This document shows positions 1 to 10,476 of a stretch of DNA of 64,000 bases, piece by piece (position 1 is the first letter of the stretch; each line of letters starts with the position of its first letter). Where the stretch lies: sequence record NC_070962.1, one strand, 5' to 3'. The position numbers were made by a program, and so were the translations under genes. Under the pieces are notes generated by a model that saw only the letters and a program-made list of their open reading frames with translations, did not search any database and was not told the DNA's origin.

Positions 1-1
1 T

Positions 2-487
2 GAAGCAATTAGAAATATTGCTAGAGAAGGATATAACCCTCATGCACCATATCCAGGAAAAATTGATCAACTATTGAGAAACTTTGGTGTTGAACCAAAT
101 ACACCAAGACCATTCCAATTGCAGATGGAACAAAAAACAAATGTAAATGTTCCTGGACAATCACCTGGACCTAAAGGTATTATAGAATCATTAAGAGATG
201 ATAAAGGACTTTCTAGATTTATTCCTGGAGCAATTAGAAATCTTATTCCTGGAAAACCACAGTCTAGTATTTCACCATCAAGTGGAGGTGGATCTGTTCG
301 TGTTCCAGGACCACCAGCAAGTAATAATATTTCAATGACAGAATTACCAACTATTCAAAGAGTAGCATCAGCTAATAGAGATTCTGCACCACCAGCTGGT
401 CAAGATGTTCCTCAGTTTGATTCATTCTCTGCTTCTGGAATAGAAACCAGGGCAAACAAACTTAGAAGTCTTACTGGAGCTACCTGA
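2..487 (+). CDS. 3' end of a baseplate/tail-associated protein (partial, open at the window edge)
   Basis: The frame is open from position 2 through the 74..487 ORF. It has a Pro/Ser-rich linker and ends just before the large hub-associated gene. Confidence 0.5.
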   Translation, partial: EAIRNIAREGYNPHAPYPGKIDQLLRNFGVEPNTPRPFQLQMEQKTNVNVPGQSPGPKGIIESLRDDKGLSRFIPGAIRNLIPGKPQSSISPSSGGGSVRVPGPPASNNISMTELPTIQRVASANRDSAPPAGQDVPQFDSFSASGIETRANKLRSLTGAT

Positions 488-489
488 AC

Positions 490-3400
490 ATGAGCAAAGT
501 AATTTCCTCTAAATTTTTACCACAATCTTCTACAGGATCAACAAGTATTGTTTCTGTTAGTGGTAAAAGAATTACTGCGCTTTCTACAGATAAGAAAAAA
601 ATTAATTTTGAAAAATTTGTTGATGATGTTCAAGAAAAAGTATCTAAGAAAAAAACAACTGGTGGTTCTAATTTAAAATTGATTAATCATGAATTGATTA
701 TGATTAAAAAAACTCTTAGTAAAGAGAAAACAGAAGATAAAAAACAAAATGATGTCAAAAGAAAACTGAGGGAAAAAACAGGTAGAGAAAAACGAGAAAG
801 TAAATTAGAAAGTGGATTAAAGTTAGGAAAGATTGGGAAAAATATTGCTAGTTCATTAACATCAAATAGTATATTTGATGCGATTAAAAACTTTATAGGT
901 AATGTTCTTTTAGGTCGATTTGTTATATTTTTACTCGAAAATATTGATAAAGTATTTGAGTTTTTAAAATTTGTTGGTGGTGTTACCTCTTTCATATATG
1001 ATCTTGGCACTAAAGTATTTGGTGGTATTGTTGGACTGATTGAAGGTGCTTATGATATTAATGAAACTGTAAAGGGTGAGATTGAACGTGTTGGTGGAGA
1101 AAATGCAGGTAAAGAATATGACAAGTTTACTGGTGCATTTAATAAGTTTATAAATCTTGCAATTATTCTTGCAGCATCTGGAGTTCCTTTAAATCTTGGT
1201 GGAGGAAAAGATCCTTTAAAGAGAATACCAAAAGGAACTCTTAATCAGGCAGCAAAATCAGTATCAACAAGCACTAAACCTTTTGCTGGTTTTTCTAGAA
1301 CACCAGGAACATTTGGTGCAGGAAATCAAAGAAGTTCAATAGCAGAATATCTTAAGAGATCTAGAGCAGAAAAATTAATTGAAAGGAGATATGGTAACGC
1401 AGCTGCAATGCGTTATTCAAATGCATATAGAAATGCAATTGATGCTGGTAGATCTCCATCTCAAGCAGTAATAAGAGCAAAAGCAACACTACAAAGTTCA
1501 ATAAGAAAAGGTACTATTATAGCAAGACCTGCAGGATATGGTCTTCGTGGAGGAACACAGGCACGTGGACTGACTGGTGGTATTATGAGACGAGGAGTAG
1601 GACGGGCAGGTAGTCGTTTACAGACTCGTATACTAGGTCGTAGTGCAAGATTAGGTATTAATCGAGTGGGAATGCGTACAGCAAGTATGTATTCTCGTTA
1701 TATGAATAGTATGCTCGGAAGAATTCCCGTTCTCGGAGCACTACTAGTTGGTGTCAATACTTATTTTGAAGATGCTGATGGTGATGGTGAACCTGATAGA
1801 AAATTGGATAAAGCATTATTTAAGATGGGTGGTGCTGCCCTTGGTGGATTCTTGGGATCTTTTATTCCAATTCCATTTTTGGGAACAATGCTTGGATTGG
1901 CTGTTGGTGAATATGTTGGTGACTTATTTTATACTTTAATAAGAGGTGGTGGAGTAAATGCTGTTGGAGATAAACTTAAAAAGGATATTGAAAGACTTAT
2001 TAATGGTGTAGAACTAGCAAAAAACTGGTTGCTTAATGGAGTAGGAAATATTGCAAATGATAATAGATTTCCTACTAATATCGGTCTGTTTAGACAGGAA
2101 CAAGTTGAAGGAATGCTTGGATTTAAAATGGGTGCATGGCCAGCACTATTAAATCCACTTAACTTCAATTTATTTCAAAAACTTGATATCCTCAGACAAG
2201 CATTCTTAGTCGATAATAAAAAATCTTTACCTAACAATAAGCAACAAACTGGAAATAATAGAAATTCTAATCAATCAGGAAATAGAAGAAGTGTTACTGC
2301 ACAAACTCTTGGATTTACTCCAGCGCAAGTTAGGAATCTAAAAGCTATTACTCCTGGAGCAGTTCCAACATTAGCACAGTGGAAAGCAGCAGTAAAGGGA
2401 AGTATTTTTGAACCCGTAGCAGAGGAAGTATATAATACATGCATTAATGAAGGAATAAACCCAGCATTTATGTGGGGATTATCTGGTGCTGAACAGTCTC
2501 ACGTACCTTCCCTCAAAAATAATCCATGGAATTATGGTGTTAATAGTCAGATGACATTTCCTTCGTTGGCAGAGGGTGTGAAAGTTATTGCAAGAGCAAT
2601 TAGAGATCCTAATGGATATTATGTTGGAGAAGGACGCAGGACACTCGCAGCTATTATTGAACGATATACACCACATAATGTCCAAGGTAATAATACACCT
2701 CAGCATATTAAGAATATTATTAATATTGGAATTGAAACAAACGGAGATCCATCTACAGTATTACTTCCTTTAAATTATAAACCAGGAAATCAAGTTAGTC
2801 CAAGCACCTCATTATTACCTTCTATCGTTCAACCCGCAGGAACTATTCCACAATCAACCGTCCAAAATAATGGACAAAATGGAAGGTTGAAACAAAGTCA
2901 ATTGACTAGAGTTGGTCAATTATCTAGTTCACCAACTGGTGGTCCTTATTGGTATGGGAACGGTGCTTACTTGAAACATGAGGCAGCAAGATGGTTTATA
3001 AAAGCAAAACAAGCTGCTCAGAAAGAAGGTATATACTTTACAATTAATAGTGCATATAGAAGTTATGAGCATCAGCAAGCATTAGTTGGTAGGTATGCTG
3101 TAGTTGCTGCTCCTGGAACATCTGCTCATGGTTGGGGAACAGCACTTGATATTGAAGTAAATGGTGGATGGACTTGGTTGAAGGAGAATGGACCGAAGTA
3201 TGGGTGGCATTGGATGCAAATTCCAAATGATGATGTTCACTTTGAATACTTAGGACCTCCTACAATTGCTCCACAACAAGCACAACCTGCAGCAATTCCT
3301 CTTAATCCTAATACTGGTATGCCTCCAAATACTAGTAATTGGGGAACTGGAGGAGTAACTCCTGCAGGAACACGACCAATAACAAATAATCCTACAAGAC

Positions 3401-3885
3401 AAAGCTCTTTAAAAGCATCTCTAGATAGATTTTTTAAAGCTAAGCCTGGAAGTAATCATAAACTAATTGTTCCAGAATTGGGATTAATTTTAGTTAAAGG
3501 TGTGGGTTGGTTAGGAGGAAATCAAAGTCAAATATGGACAAGAAAACCAGGAGGAAAAAACTTTGAATTAGGTAAACTTATTTTTGGTGGTACTGACGAA
3601 GAAGTTAAAAATGAGATATACAAAAAATTAGAACAAAGGGGATTATTGACTGTACCAAAGGCAACACTTAGTCCTACACCACCAGTACCTGGTCAGAGAT
3701 ATGGTAAAAATGGTCAACCAGTATCATTTAACCCACAAATAAATAATACAAACAAAACACAACTGACAGCATCTTTAAGACAAACACCTTCTTATAACAC
3801 AAGAACCCTGGTTTATGTTCAACCAATAGAGACAATTATTGAAAAAGAAAATCAGAATACCGATCCATTAAGTTTCTTGGTATAA
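490..3885 (+). CDS. Large baseplate-hub/tape-measure-like virion protein with a lysozyme-fold (GH73-like) domain and an M15B (VanY-like) peptidase domain
   Basis: Lys-rich coiled N-terminus and hydrophobic Gly-rich helices. Glucosaminidase-like segment INPAFMWGLSGAE..NNPWNYG..TFPSLAEG. M15 motifs INSAYRSYEHQ, GTSAHGWGTALD and DDVHFEY. Baseplate gene context. Confidence 0.7.
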   Translation: MSKVISSKFLPQSSTGSTSIVSVSGKRITALSTDKKKINFEKFVDDVQEKVSKKKTTGGSNLKLINHELIMIKKTLSKEKTEDKKQNDVKRKLREKTGREKRESKLESGLKLGKIGKNIASSLTSNSIFDAIKNFIGNVLLGRFVIFLLENIDKVFEFLKFVGGVTSFIYDLGTKVFGGIVGLIEGAYDINETVKGEIERVGGENAGKEYDKFTGAFNKFINLAIILAASGVPLNLGGGKDPLKRIPKGTLNQAAKSVSTSTKPFAGFSRTPGTFGAGNQRSSIAEYLKRSRAEKLIERRYGNAAAMRYSNAYRNAIDAGRSPSQAVIRAKATLQSSIRKGTIIARPAGYGLRGGTQARGLTGGIMRRGVGRAGSRLQTRILGRSARLGINRVGMRTASMYSRYMNSMLGRIPVLGALLVGVNTYFEDADGDGEPDRKLDKALFKMGGAALGGFLGSFIPIPFLGTMLGLAVGEYVGDLFYTLIRGGGVNAVGDKLKKDIERLINGVELAKNWLLNGVGNIANDNRFPTNIGLFRQEQVEGMLGFKMGAWPALLNPLNFNLFQKLDILRQAFLVDNKKSLPNNKQQTGNNRNSNQSGNRRSVTAQTLGFTPAQVRNLKAITPGAVPTLAQWKAAVKGSIFEPVAEEVYNTCINEGINPAFMWGLSGAEQSHVPSLKNNPWNYGVNSQMTFPSLAEGVKVIARAIRDPNGYYVGEGRRTLAAIIERYTPHNVQGNNTPQHIKNIINIGIETNGDPSTVLLPLNYKPGNQVSPSTSLLPSIVQPAGTIPQSTVQNNGQNGRLKQSQLTRVGQLSSSPTGGPYWYGNGAYLKHEAARWFIKAKQAAQKEGIYFTINSAYRSYEHQQALVGRYAVVAAPGTSAHGWGTALDIEVNGGWTWLKENGPKYGWHWMQIPNDDVHFEYLGPPTIAPQQAQPAAIPLNPNTGMPPNTSNWGTGGVTPAGTRPITNNPTRQSSLKASLDRFFKAKPGSNHKLIVPELGLILVKGVGWLGGNQSQIWTRKPGGKNFELGKLIFGGTDEEVKNEIYKKLEQRGLLTVPKATLSPTPPVPGQRYGKNGQPVSFNPQINNTNKTQLTASLRQTPSYNTRTLVYVQPIETIIEKENQNTDPLSFLV

Positions 3886-3886
3886 A

Positions 3887-5191
3887 ATGGCAGCACAATT
3901 TAAAAATATAAGTAAATTTACAATCTATTCAAACTATAGTGGTGAACTTAGTTTGATGGGATCACGTGCCTTTTCAAATATTATGATCTTTCAAAGTATG
4001 TTTGATGATACTGTGAGAGGATCATTTGTTATGAATGATACTGGGTACAGAGATAGTAAACGTGAAGAAGTGAACATTGATGAAATTGATGGATTTAATC
4101 TTACCTCTGGAGAAAAAGTAGAATTAAAACTTGAGGATACTAAGGGCAATATATTAGACTTTAAAGATGCAAACGAATTTTTAATTGAAGATGTTAAAAG
4201 TTCTGGTTCAACTACAATGTATGAAACATTTAACATTACTTTATGTCAAGATGATTTTGTTCGGAAAGAATTTAATAAACACAAAGTAATTAAGCACTGG
4301 GATGGGTCATATAAGATAAGTGAAATTGTTAATGATGTTCTTAAAAATATTTTACAAACAAAAAAGAATGTTTTTATAGATCCAACAGTAAATAAATTGC
4401 CAATAAATGGTCACTATGATGATGCTTGTGATTTCTGTACTCTTCTTGCATCTAAAGCAGTATCAGAACAGTTTCCTGATTTTTCTGGGTATTTTTTCTT
4501 CGATACTTATGAAGGATATAAGTTTAAATCAATTGACGTTATGTTTTCACAGGAACCAAAGAGAATAATGTTGTATAATGAAACTCAGGGTGCTCCTAAT
4601 GGAAAATATACTAATAAAATATTAGAGTCACACTTCAATCACAATTTAAATGTTATTGACAATATTAGAAGTGGATCTATATCTAAAACTATTCTGAAGA
4701 CATGGGATCCATATACTCATGCTTACACTGAAACAGAATATGATGCGAATGAGTTGTATAAAACAAATAATAATGCTGAAGTCGAAAGACCTAAGGTTGG
4801 AACACATTTGAACATTGCTGAAGAATCATCAAATACACTTAATCATGTATGGAACACTGGTACTAAACCAACTGGAACTGGTACTGAGGAGCAAATAAAA
4901 AATTCAAAAGAACCTACTTTCGATATTGAAAATATTGTTAGAAAATCTATCATGAGAACAAAGCAGGCAATGCTTTATAAGGGAACCATAACAATAGCAG
5001 GTGATTTTGGCATTTTTCCTGGAGATGTTATACAATGCGACTTTCCCGAGATTTCATCGAAAGATTTAAAAAAAGTCGTATCGAAGAAAAAATCAGGAAA
5101 ATACTTAGTATTAGATGTAGCACACTTAATTAGTGGAGAACACTGCTATACTAAGCTAAATATCATCAGAGATTCTATTAAGGCAGCATAG
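3887..5191 (+). CDS. Baseplate hub protein (gp27/gpD-like)
   Basis: Size, position just upstream of the gp5-like gene, and C-terminal pattern ITIAGDF..GDVI..SGKYLV..VAH..YTKLNIIRD typical of contractile-tail hub proteins. Confidence 0.65.
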   Translation: MAAQFKNISKFTIYSNYSGELSLMGSRAFSNIMIFQSMFDDTVRGSFVMNDTGYRDSKREEVNIDEIDGFNLTSGEKVELKLEDTKGNILDFKDANEFLIEDVKSSGSTTMYETFNITLCQDDFVRKEFNKHKVIKHWDGSYKISEIVNDVLKNILQTKKNVFIDPTVNKLPINGHYDDACDFCTLLASKAVSEQFPDFSGYFFFDTYEGYKFKSIDVMFSQEPKRIMLYNETQGAPNGKYTNKILESHFNHNLNVIDNIRSGSISKTILKTWDPYTHAYTETEYDANELYKTNNNAEVERPKVGTHLNIAEESSNTLNHVWNTGTKPTGTGTEEQIKNSKEPTFDIENIVRKSIMRTKQAMLYKGTITIAGDFGIFPGDVIQCDFPEISSKDLKKVVSKKKSGKYLVLDVAHLISGEHCYTKLNIIRDSIKAA

Positions 5192-5195
5192 CAAA

Positions 5196-5423
5196 ATGGA
5201 AAGTATCGAACAACATATTGAGAAGGATAAGGAGATCCTAGAAAATCCCACCATCTCACCACAACAACGTCGTCACATTGAATCCGAACTAGAAGAACTG
5301 GAAGCATATGCAGAAAATCACAAAGCAGACATTGAAGCAGGTGATCATCATGATCCAACTCCATTAGAGATGTATTGTGATGCAAATCCAGAAGCAGATG
5401 AATGCAGGATTTACGAGGATTGA
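5196..5423 (+). CDS. cp12: CP12 Calvin-cycle inhibitor (cyanophage type)
   Basis: C-terminal HDPTPLEMYCDANPEADECRIYED is the CP12 signature with its Cys pair. 75 aa, acidic. Confidence 0.92.
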   Translation: MESIEQHIEKDKEILENPTISPQQRRHIESELEELEAYAENHKADIEAGDHHDPTPLEMYCDANPEADECRIYED

Positions 5424-5430
5424 GTAAAAA

Positions 5431-8190
5431 ATGGTAATGAAGGGGATAGGACCAACATATAATAGTCCTGGTGTCGAAAAAAATATTATGTATTGGTGGC
5501 TTGGTCAAGTCACTGATGAATCACACTGGAAACCTAATGAGGTAGCAGAAAACGTCAACCGAGATGATCATCCTGGTTGGGGAAGAAGGTATCGTGTTAG
5601 AATTTTTAGTAGAGATGCCAGTGTCAAAGTTGTTCCTGACAGTGAATTAATTACTGCCCCAGTAGTTGTACCAGTTACTTCAGGCACAGGTCATGAAGGA
5701 TATGGTGAGTCTGTTTGTTTAGCACAAGGTTCTTTTGTCGTTGGATTCTATCTCGATGGTGTCCAAGGAAAAGAACCTATTATTCTTGGTGCTATACCAA
5801 ATAATTCCCAAACTAGATTATTTGGTGGTGATCCTCAGGAAGGATTTGTTCCTAGAACTGGATACAAAGGACTTACTGGGGATAAAAAAGTTGCTACGAA
5901 AAATATATACATTGCTCCTGGATCGCATCCTAACAAAGAAGATGCTAATACAAGTCCAAATACTAAAAATGTTTCGGGAGAAGATAAACGAGATGATGGT
6001 AAGGATAAATCTCCCAGAAAAAAGAATATCGAGTGTGAAGGTGGTGATGGTCCAGTAAAAGGAATTCAAGGGCACATACAACGTGCTCTTGCAATGATTC
6101 AAAGAATACAAAAAGCAACTACTAGTTTTCTTGGTGCTGCTTCTAATATAGTTTCAAATATAGAAAATATTGTCAACTCAGTATCAACTGCTGTAGCATC
6201 ATTATTTAAATTAATTATCGGCAAGATGAGAGGATATGTCCTCAGAAAAATTAATGCTGGTATCAAAGACTTGGGTCAGATGTTACCTCCAAGTTTAAGA
6301 CAAGTTTTTGCTACAGGATCTGGTGAAGCAACTGATACTCTTGCCTGTGTGTTCTCCAAAATTATGGGAACCCTGTTTGAGATGGCAAAGGGTCTTCTAA
6401 ACGACATTATCAACAACTATGTTATGGCACCAATGTGTGCTGCAGAAAAAATGGTTGGTGATATGGTTGGAAATATATTAGGAGAAGTTACTGGAGCAAT
6501 TAGTGGTGCTCTTGGTGCTATTAAGGGTCTTCTCGGTGCAGTTGGAGATATTGCTGGTGGAATCTTCTCAGTTCTTGGATTAGTTCAGGGTCTTTTAAAT
6601 TTCCTAAAATGTGACTCTACACCTAATTGTAAATATGTTGATGAGTGGAGTTTTTGGGATGGAAGTAGTGAAGCACAAGTAGTTACAGAGGCTATTGATA
6701 AATTTGTAGAAGATGCTGCAAATAATATACCTGGAACAATTCCTCCATGTAATACTGATCAACTACCATGCGGACCACCATCAATTCAGTTCACAGGTGG
6801 TGGTGGAACAGGTTTAGCAGCAAATCCAATCATTAGTATGACTGGAAAAATGATGGGTCTCGACTTTAGTTCTTTTGGTGGTGGTTATTCAAGTTCACCA
6901 GGAATTTCTATAGTTGATCCATGTATTGGTGGTGGAAGTGCAGTAAAACTGCTTACAACACTTGATGGTATAACTTCATCCGAATCTTGGAAACAAGGTG
7001 ATAATGTTCAAGTGACTTCTGCTGTGGTTACTCATCCAGGAGCAGGATATACTGGATCTCCTAATGGAAATACTAATATTAGTAATAAGGACCAAACAAT
7101 TGTAAATGATGATAATGGTACAAAAGTACATGATCCTGGTAAACCAATTCGTATACCAGTGATTCCTTACGAACCAGATAATGTGCCAAGAGTTTATCTT
7201 CCATCTGGTCAAAATGTTCAAATCTTTGATGATGATGGAAATGTCATTCAGGAAGTTACTGGACAAGGATCAGTAGTTCCAATAAGTCTTCCTAATGGTG
7301 GTAACTTTACAACACCAACACCTCCAAATTATGATGGACCTGGTGGTGGAAGATTTGATTTTACAGGTACACCACCAGAAAATCCACTTACTAATGTTCA
7401 TTATACAAATAATACACCTGGAGTAGGAAACTGGAATGGATTTGTAAATGATCCAGTAAGAGTAAATGATAAGGCAGTATTTGATGGAAACACTTGGAGA
7501 ATTATTACTGGTCAAACTGATACAAGACCTAAATCTGGTGGTGAAAGTGTTGATATTATACTAGATGGAGTGTATATTGATAATCCTGGTGTAAATTATG
7601 AGCAAGGTGATGAGATTATAATGGAACCAAGTTATGGTGGTAAACTTTGCCCTGTGTTTAATGACATTGGTCAACTGATTGATGTTGTTATATGCGAACC
7701 AGGTGGATTATTTGATGATTATCCAAAAATCTATATAAGATCTCAAACAGGTATCAACGCAAATATTTTACCGATCTTTAGAGTTAGACGTGAGGATGAG
7801 GATCCTGATGCTAATGCAAGAAGGATGTCTGGTGATAGAATTATCACTGTTGATGATTGTATTGGTAGACTTGTAGTTGGGTATGTTAATGGACAACCAT
7901 ATTATGGTCCATGGCATTATCATAATGGAAGAAAGATGATTGGTAAAAATCATACTCAACGTAAACATCCATACATTTATGATACACCAGAAGAAAGTTT
8001 AAAGGATCAGTATTATGTGAGAAGACCGAATTATAGAACACAAACATCACTTACTGTTGAAGTTGATGAATCACCTGATGAAGTGTCATCCCCAACACCT
8101 ACACCTAGACCATCTCCAACACCTATACCTACACCATCTCCAACACCTAGACCATCTCCACCTCCATCATCTGGATCTTCGGGATATTAA
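5431..8190 (+). CDS. gp5-like baseplate hub/spike protein (N-terminal OB-fold)
   Basis: N-terminal WWLGQV...GRRYRVRIF...GSFVVGFYLDG..GKEPIILG matches the gp5 OB-fold. C-terminal Pro-Thr repeat. No T4 lysozyme domain recognised. Confidence 0.8.
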   Translation: MVMKGIGPTYNSPGVEKNIMYWWLGQVTDESHWKPNEVAENVNRDDHPGWGRRYRVRIFSRDASVKVVPDSELITAPVVVPVTSGTGHEGYGESVCLAQGSFVVGFYLDGVQGKEPIILGAIPNNSQTRLFGGDPQEGFVPRTGYKGLTGDKKVATKNIYIAPGSHPNKEDANTSPNTKNVSGEDKRDDGKDKSPRKKNIECEGGDGPVKGIQGHIQRALAMIQRIQKATTSFLGAASNIVSNIENIVNSVSTAVASLFKLIIGKMRGYVLRKINAGIKDLGQMLPPSLRQVFATGSGEATDTLACVFSKIMGTLFEMAKGLLNDIINNYVMAPMCAAEKMVGDMVGNILGEVTGAISGALGAIKGLLGAVGDIAGGIFSVLGLVQGLLNFLKCDSTPNCKYVDEWSFWDGSSEAQVVTEAIDKFVEDAANNIPGTIPPCNTDQLPCGPPSIQFTGGGGTGLAANPIISMTGKMMGLDFSSFGGGYSSSPGISIVDPCIGGGSAVKLLTTLDGITSSESWKQGDNVQVTSAVVTHPGAGYTGSPNGNTNISNKDQTIVNDDNGTKVHDPGKPIRIPVIPYEPDNVPRVYLPSGQNVQIFDDDGNVIQEVTGQGSVVPISLPNGGNFTTPTPPNYDGPGGGRFDFTGTPPENPLTNVHYTNNTPGVGNWNGFVNDPVRVNDKAVFDGNTWRIITGQTDTRPKSGGESVDIILDGVYIDNPGVNYEQGDEIIMEPSYGGKLCPVFNDIGQLIDVVICEPGGLFDDYPKIYIRSQTGINANILPIFRVRREDEDPDANARRMSGDRIITVDDCIGRLVVGYVNGQPYYGPWHYHNGRKMIGKNHTQRKHPYIYDTPEESLKDQYYVRRPNYRTQTSLTVEVDESPDEVSSPTPTPRPSPTPIPTPSPTPRPSPPPSSGSSGY

Positions 8191-8216
8191 TCTAAATACA
8201 ATAAAAGTTTATAACA

Positions 8217-8801
8217 ATGACATCTGAGTTTGAACACTTACAAGGTACAAAAAGTCATCCAGAGGGTGAACTTTTACTTGGAACAATGTGTGCCGACAAT
8301 GTGATAACTGGTATTGGTATGCAAGCAAGACATAGTTTGCATTATGTACACTTAGAAAATAGTGGACATAGAGAAGGGTGGACTTTAATGAGAAACCCTG
8401 GTGTTTTTGAGATTAAATGTGGAGATAGTGTTAATCCAGAAAGTATTGGATTAGATATTGAATGCCTTAATGGTGATATATGCTTGACAGCACCGAACGG
8501 ACGTATTAGACTGTCTGCGTTGGATATTGATATTATGGCAAATGGTCCAGATACTGGTAGAGGTCATATAAAAATAGAGGCAAATCAAGACATTAAATGT
8601 AAGGCTGAAGGTAGTTTTGATGTAAAGGCAGAGACTGGTTTTAGAATATATACTCCAAATGTTGGAAATGTTATTGCCAACACAGAACTATTTCTTGTTT
8701 CCAACTTTATTAAAGGATTATCTTGTGCCTCAGCAAGTCTTGCTGGTAAAACAGATCCTATTAATGTCTTACAATTTACAACAAAATCTAGTTACGTTTA
8801 A
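8217..8801 (+). CDS. gp5 C-terminal-like beta-helix/spike protein
   Basis: Repeating beta pattern (IKIEANQDIKCKAEGSFDVKAETG), directly after the gp5-like gene, preceded by TAAATA at 8193-8198. Confidence 0.55.
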   Translation: MTSEFEHLQGTKSHPEGELLLGTMCADNVITGIGMQARHSLHYVHLENSGHREGWTLMRNPGVFEIKCGDSVNPESIGLDIECLNGDICLTAPNGRIRLSALDIDIMANGPDTGRGHIKIEANQDIKCKAEGSFDVKAETGFRIYTPNVGNVIANTELFLVSNFIKGLSCASASLAGKTDPINVLQFTTKSSYV

Positions 8802-8803
8802 AC

Positions 8804-9580
8804 ATGTCTTTATCATTTGACGATATAGCAATTCAACATCAACTTAATGTTGGTATGGGTGTTGTTCCATTCTTTGGTTTGGGACCTGCACGTGTTCGTG
8901 GTGCAGCATACATTGAAGGTCCACTAAATGTTGGCACACCCTTTGCAATTAATATGGGTGCTGTCAATATTGGTCCTCTTATTAATCCAGATTCACCACC
9001 ACCATTTATTCCTGGTGGATTCTGCTATGGACCACCAGCAAATCCATTTTCACTTGCAGTTTTAGGAAGTGTAGGAATTCTTGGTGATCTTAACATTGCG
9101 ACTAATGTAATTATTGGTGGTAATTTATTTGTTCAAGGATTGGTCCTTGGCAGTTGTGGTGGTCATTTGTTACAAATTAAAAAGAACTTTGACATTCCTC
9201 ACCCATCAAAGGAAGGTTGGAGACTGAGGCATACTTGTCCAGAAGCACCTTACAATGATGTATACATCCGAGGGAGAGTTACTAATCAAAAAGAGATCAA
9301 TCTTCCTGCATATTGGAAAGACTTTGTTGATGTAAGAAGCATCACAGTAAATCTAACTCCAGTTGGATCTCATCAAAACGTTATAGTAAAACGTATTGAT
9401 GAAAATAAAATTTATCTACAATCAAATGGTGGAATGCCAATCGATTGTTTCTATCACATCTATGCTGAACGCAAAGATGGTGAAAAACTAATTCCAGAAT
9501 ACCCAGGTCAATCACCAGCAGATTACCCAGGTGATAATAGTGGTTATTCTATTGCTGGATATAACTACGACGTTCGATAA
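8804..9580 (+). CDS. Virion structural protein, paralogue of 9592..10239
   Basis: Shares FDIxHP..RLRHxCxE..VYIRG..LPxYW..VD..SITVxLT..YxIxAxRxDGExLIxEY with the next gene. Confidence 0.55.
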   Translation: MSLSFDDIAIQHQLNVGMGVVPFFGLGPARVRGAAYIEGPLNVGTPFAINMGAVNIGPLINPDSPPPFIPGGFCYGPPANPFSLAVLGSVGILGDLNIATNVIIGGNLFVQGLVLGSCGGHLLQIKKNFDIPHPSKEGWRLRHTCPEAPYNDVYIRGRVTNQKEINLPAYWKDFVDVRSITVNLTPVGSHQNVIVKRIDENKIYLQSNGGMPIDCFYHIYAERKDGEKLIPEYPGQSPADYPGDNSGYSIAGYNYDVR

Positions 9581-9591
9581 GGAGATTTATT

Positions 9592-10239
9592 ATGTCAGAA
9601 TTTGTACCAGGTAATCATGACAGTCAAAATTGTGATGGACCAGTAACTGGTGTTCCTCATCCAAGTTTTGATTATATTTTAAGGTCAACTACTAATGATG
9701 ATGATGAATATAGTGAATGGAATCCATGTCCAAGATACTTACAAGTAAATGGAAAGTTTGATAACCTTCAGGTTACTGCTAATGTAACTGTTGCTGCTAA
9801 TGTAACTGCAGCAACATTTACTGGAGTTATCAACCAACAATCTTGGAAAGGATTTGATATTAAGCACCCCAATAAGGACAATCACCGTCTGAGACACATC
9901 TGCATGGAAGGACCAGAAGCAGGTGTTTATATTCGTGGCAGACTTACTGGAAATAATACAATTAAGTTGCCAGAATATTGGGATGGTCTTGTAGATCCAG
10001 AATCAATTACTGTTTCTCTTACGCAGATTGGATACTCTCAAGATCTTATTGTTGAAGGTATTGAATGGGGTAAGATTGTGAAGGTGAAGTCAGGTAATGG
10101 AACTTCAATTGATTGTTACTATACCATTCAAGCATCAAGAATTGATGGTGAGCCATTGATCGTGGAGTATGAGGGTGAGACACCAGCAGAGTACCCAGGC
10201 AGCAAGGACCAGTTCTCCATCTCTGGATTCGACTATTGA
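9592..10239 (+). CDS. Virion structural protein, paralogue of 8804..9580
   Basis: Same C-terminal domain as the preceding gene. Confidence 0.55.
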   Translation: MSEFVPGNHDSQNCDGPVTGVPHPSFDYILRSTTNDDDEYSEWNPCPRYLQVNGKFDNLQVTANVTVAANVTAATFTGVINQQSWKGFDIKHPNKDNHRLRHICMEGPEAGVYIRGRLTGNNTIKLPEYWDGLVDPESITVSLTQIGYSQDLIVEGIEWGKIVKVKSGNGTSIDCYYTIQASRIDGEPLIVEYEGETPAEYPGSKDQFSISGFDY

Positions 10240-10264
10240 CACGGGTCCCTGACCCTGCTATAAT
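10236..10264 (+). promoter_or_regulatory. Consensus sigma70-type promoter
   Basis: TTGACA (10236-10241), 17-nt spacer, TATAAT (10259-10264). The spacer contains a GGGTC-CCT-GACCC hairpin. Confidence 0.85.
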
Positions 10265-10287
10265 ACGTGGGTAAACAAGGGAACACC

Positions 10288-10476
10288 ATGGAAGAGTACG
10301 TTGATTCAGTCCTCATCGACATGAGCAAGAGGCAGTTCAAGTTGTTCTCCACTCAAGGTGACGAAAAAGTTGTTGATTGTGAGACCTATGATCAATTCAT
10401 GAGTGTCTTCAAGCTTGTTCGTGACCGAGTTGATGAGGAAATGATTTTTTATACCAAACCAAATGTAGCAGTATGA
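10288..10476 (+). CDS. Small hypothetical cyanophage protein
   Basis: ATG at 10288 after AAGGGAA, downstream of the sigma70 promoter. Stop overlaps the cpeT start. Confidence 0.7.
   Translation: MEEYVDSVLIDMSKRQFKLFSTQGDEKVVDCETYDQFMSVFKLVRDRVDEEMIFYTKPNVAV

Noticed and set aside
8090-8187. Pro-Thr tandem repeat at the gp5-like C-terminus
   Set aside because: Ordinary low-complexity linker with no evidence of a separate function.
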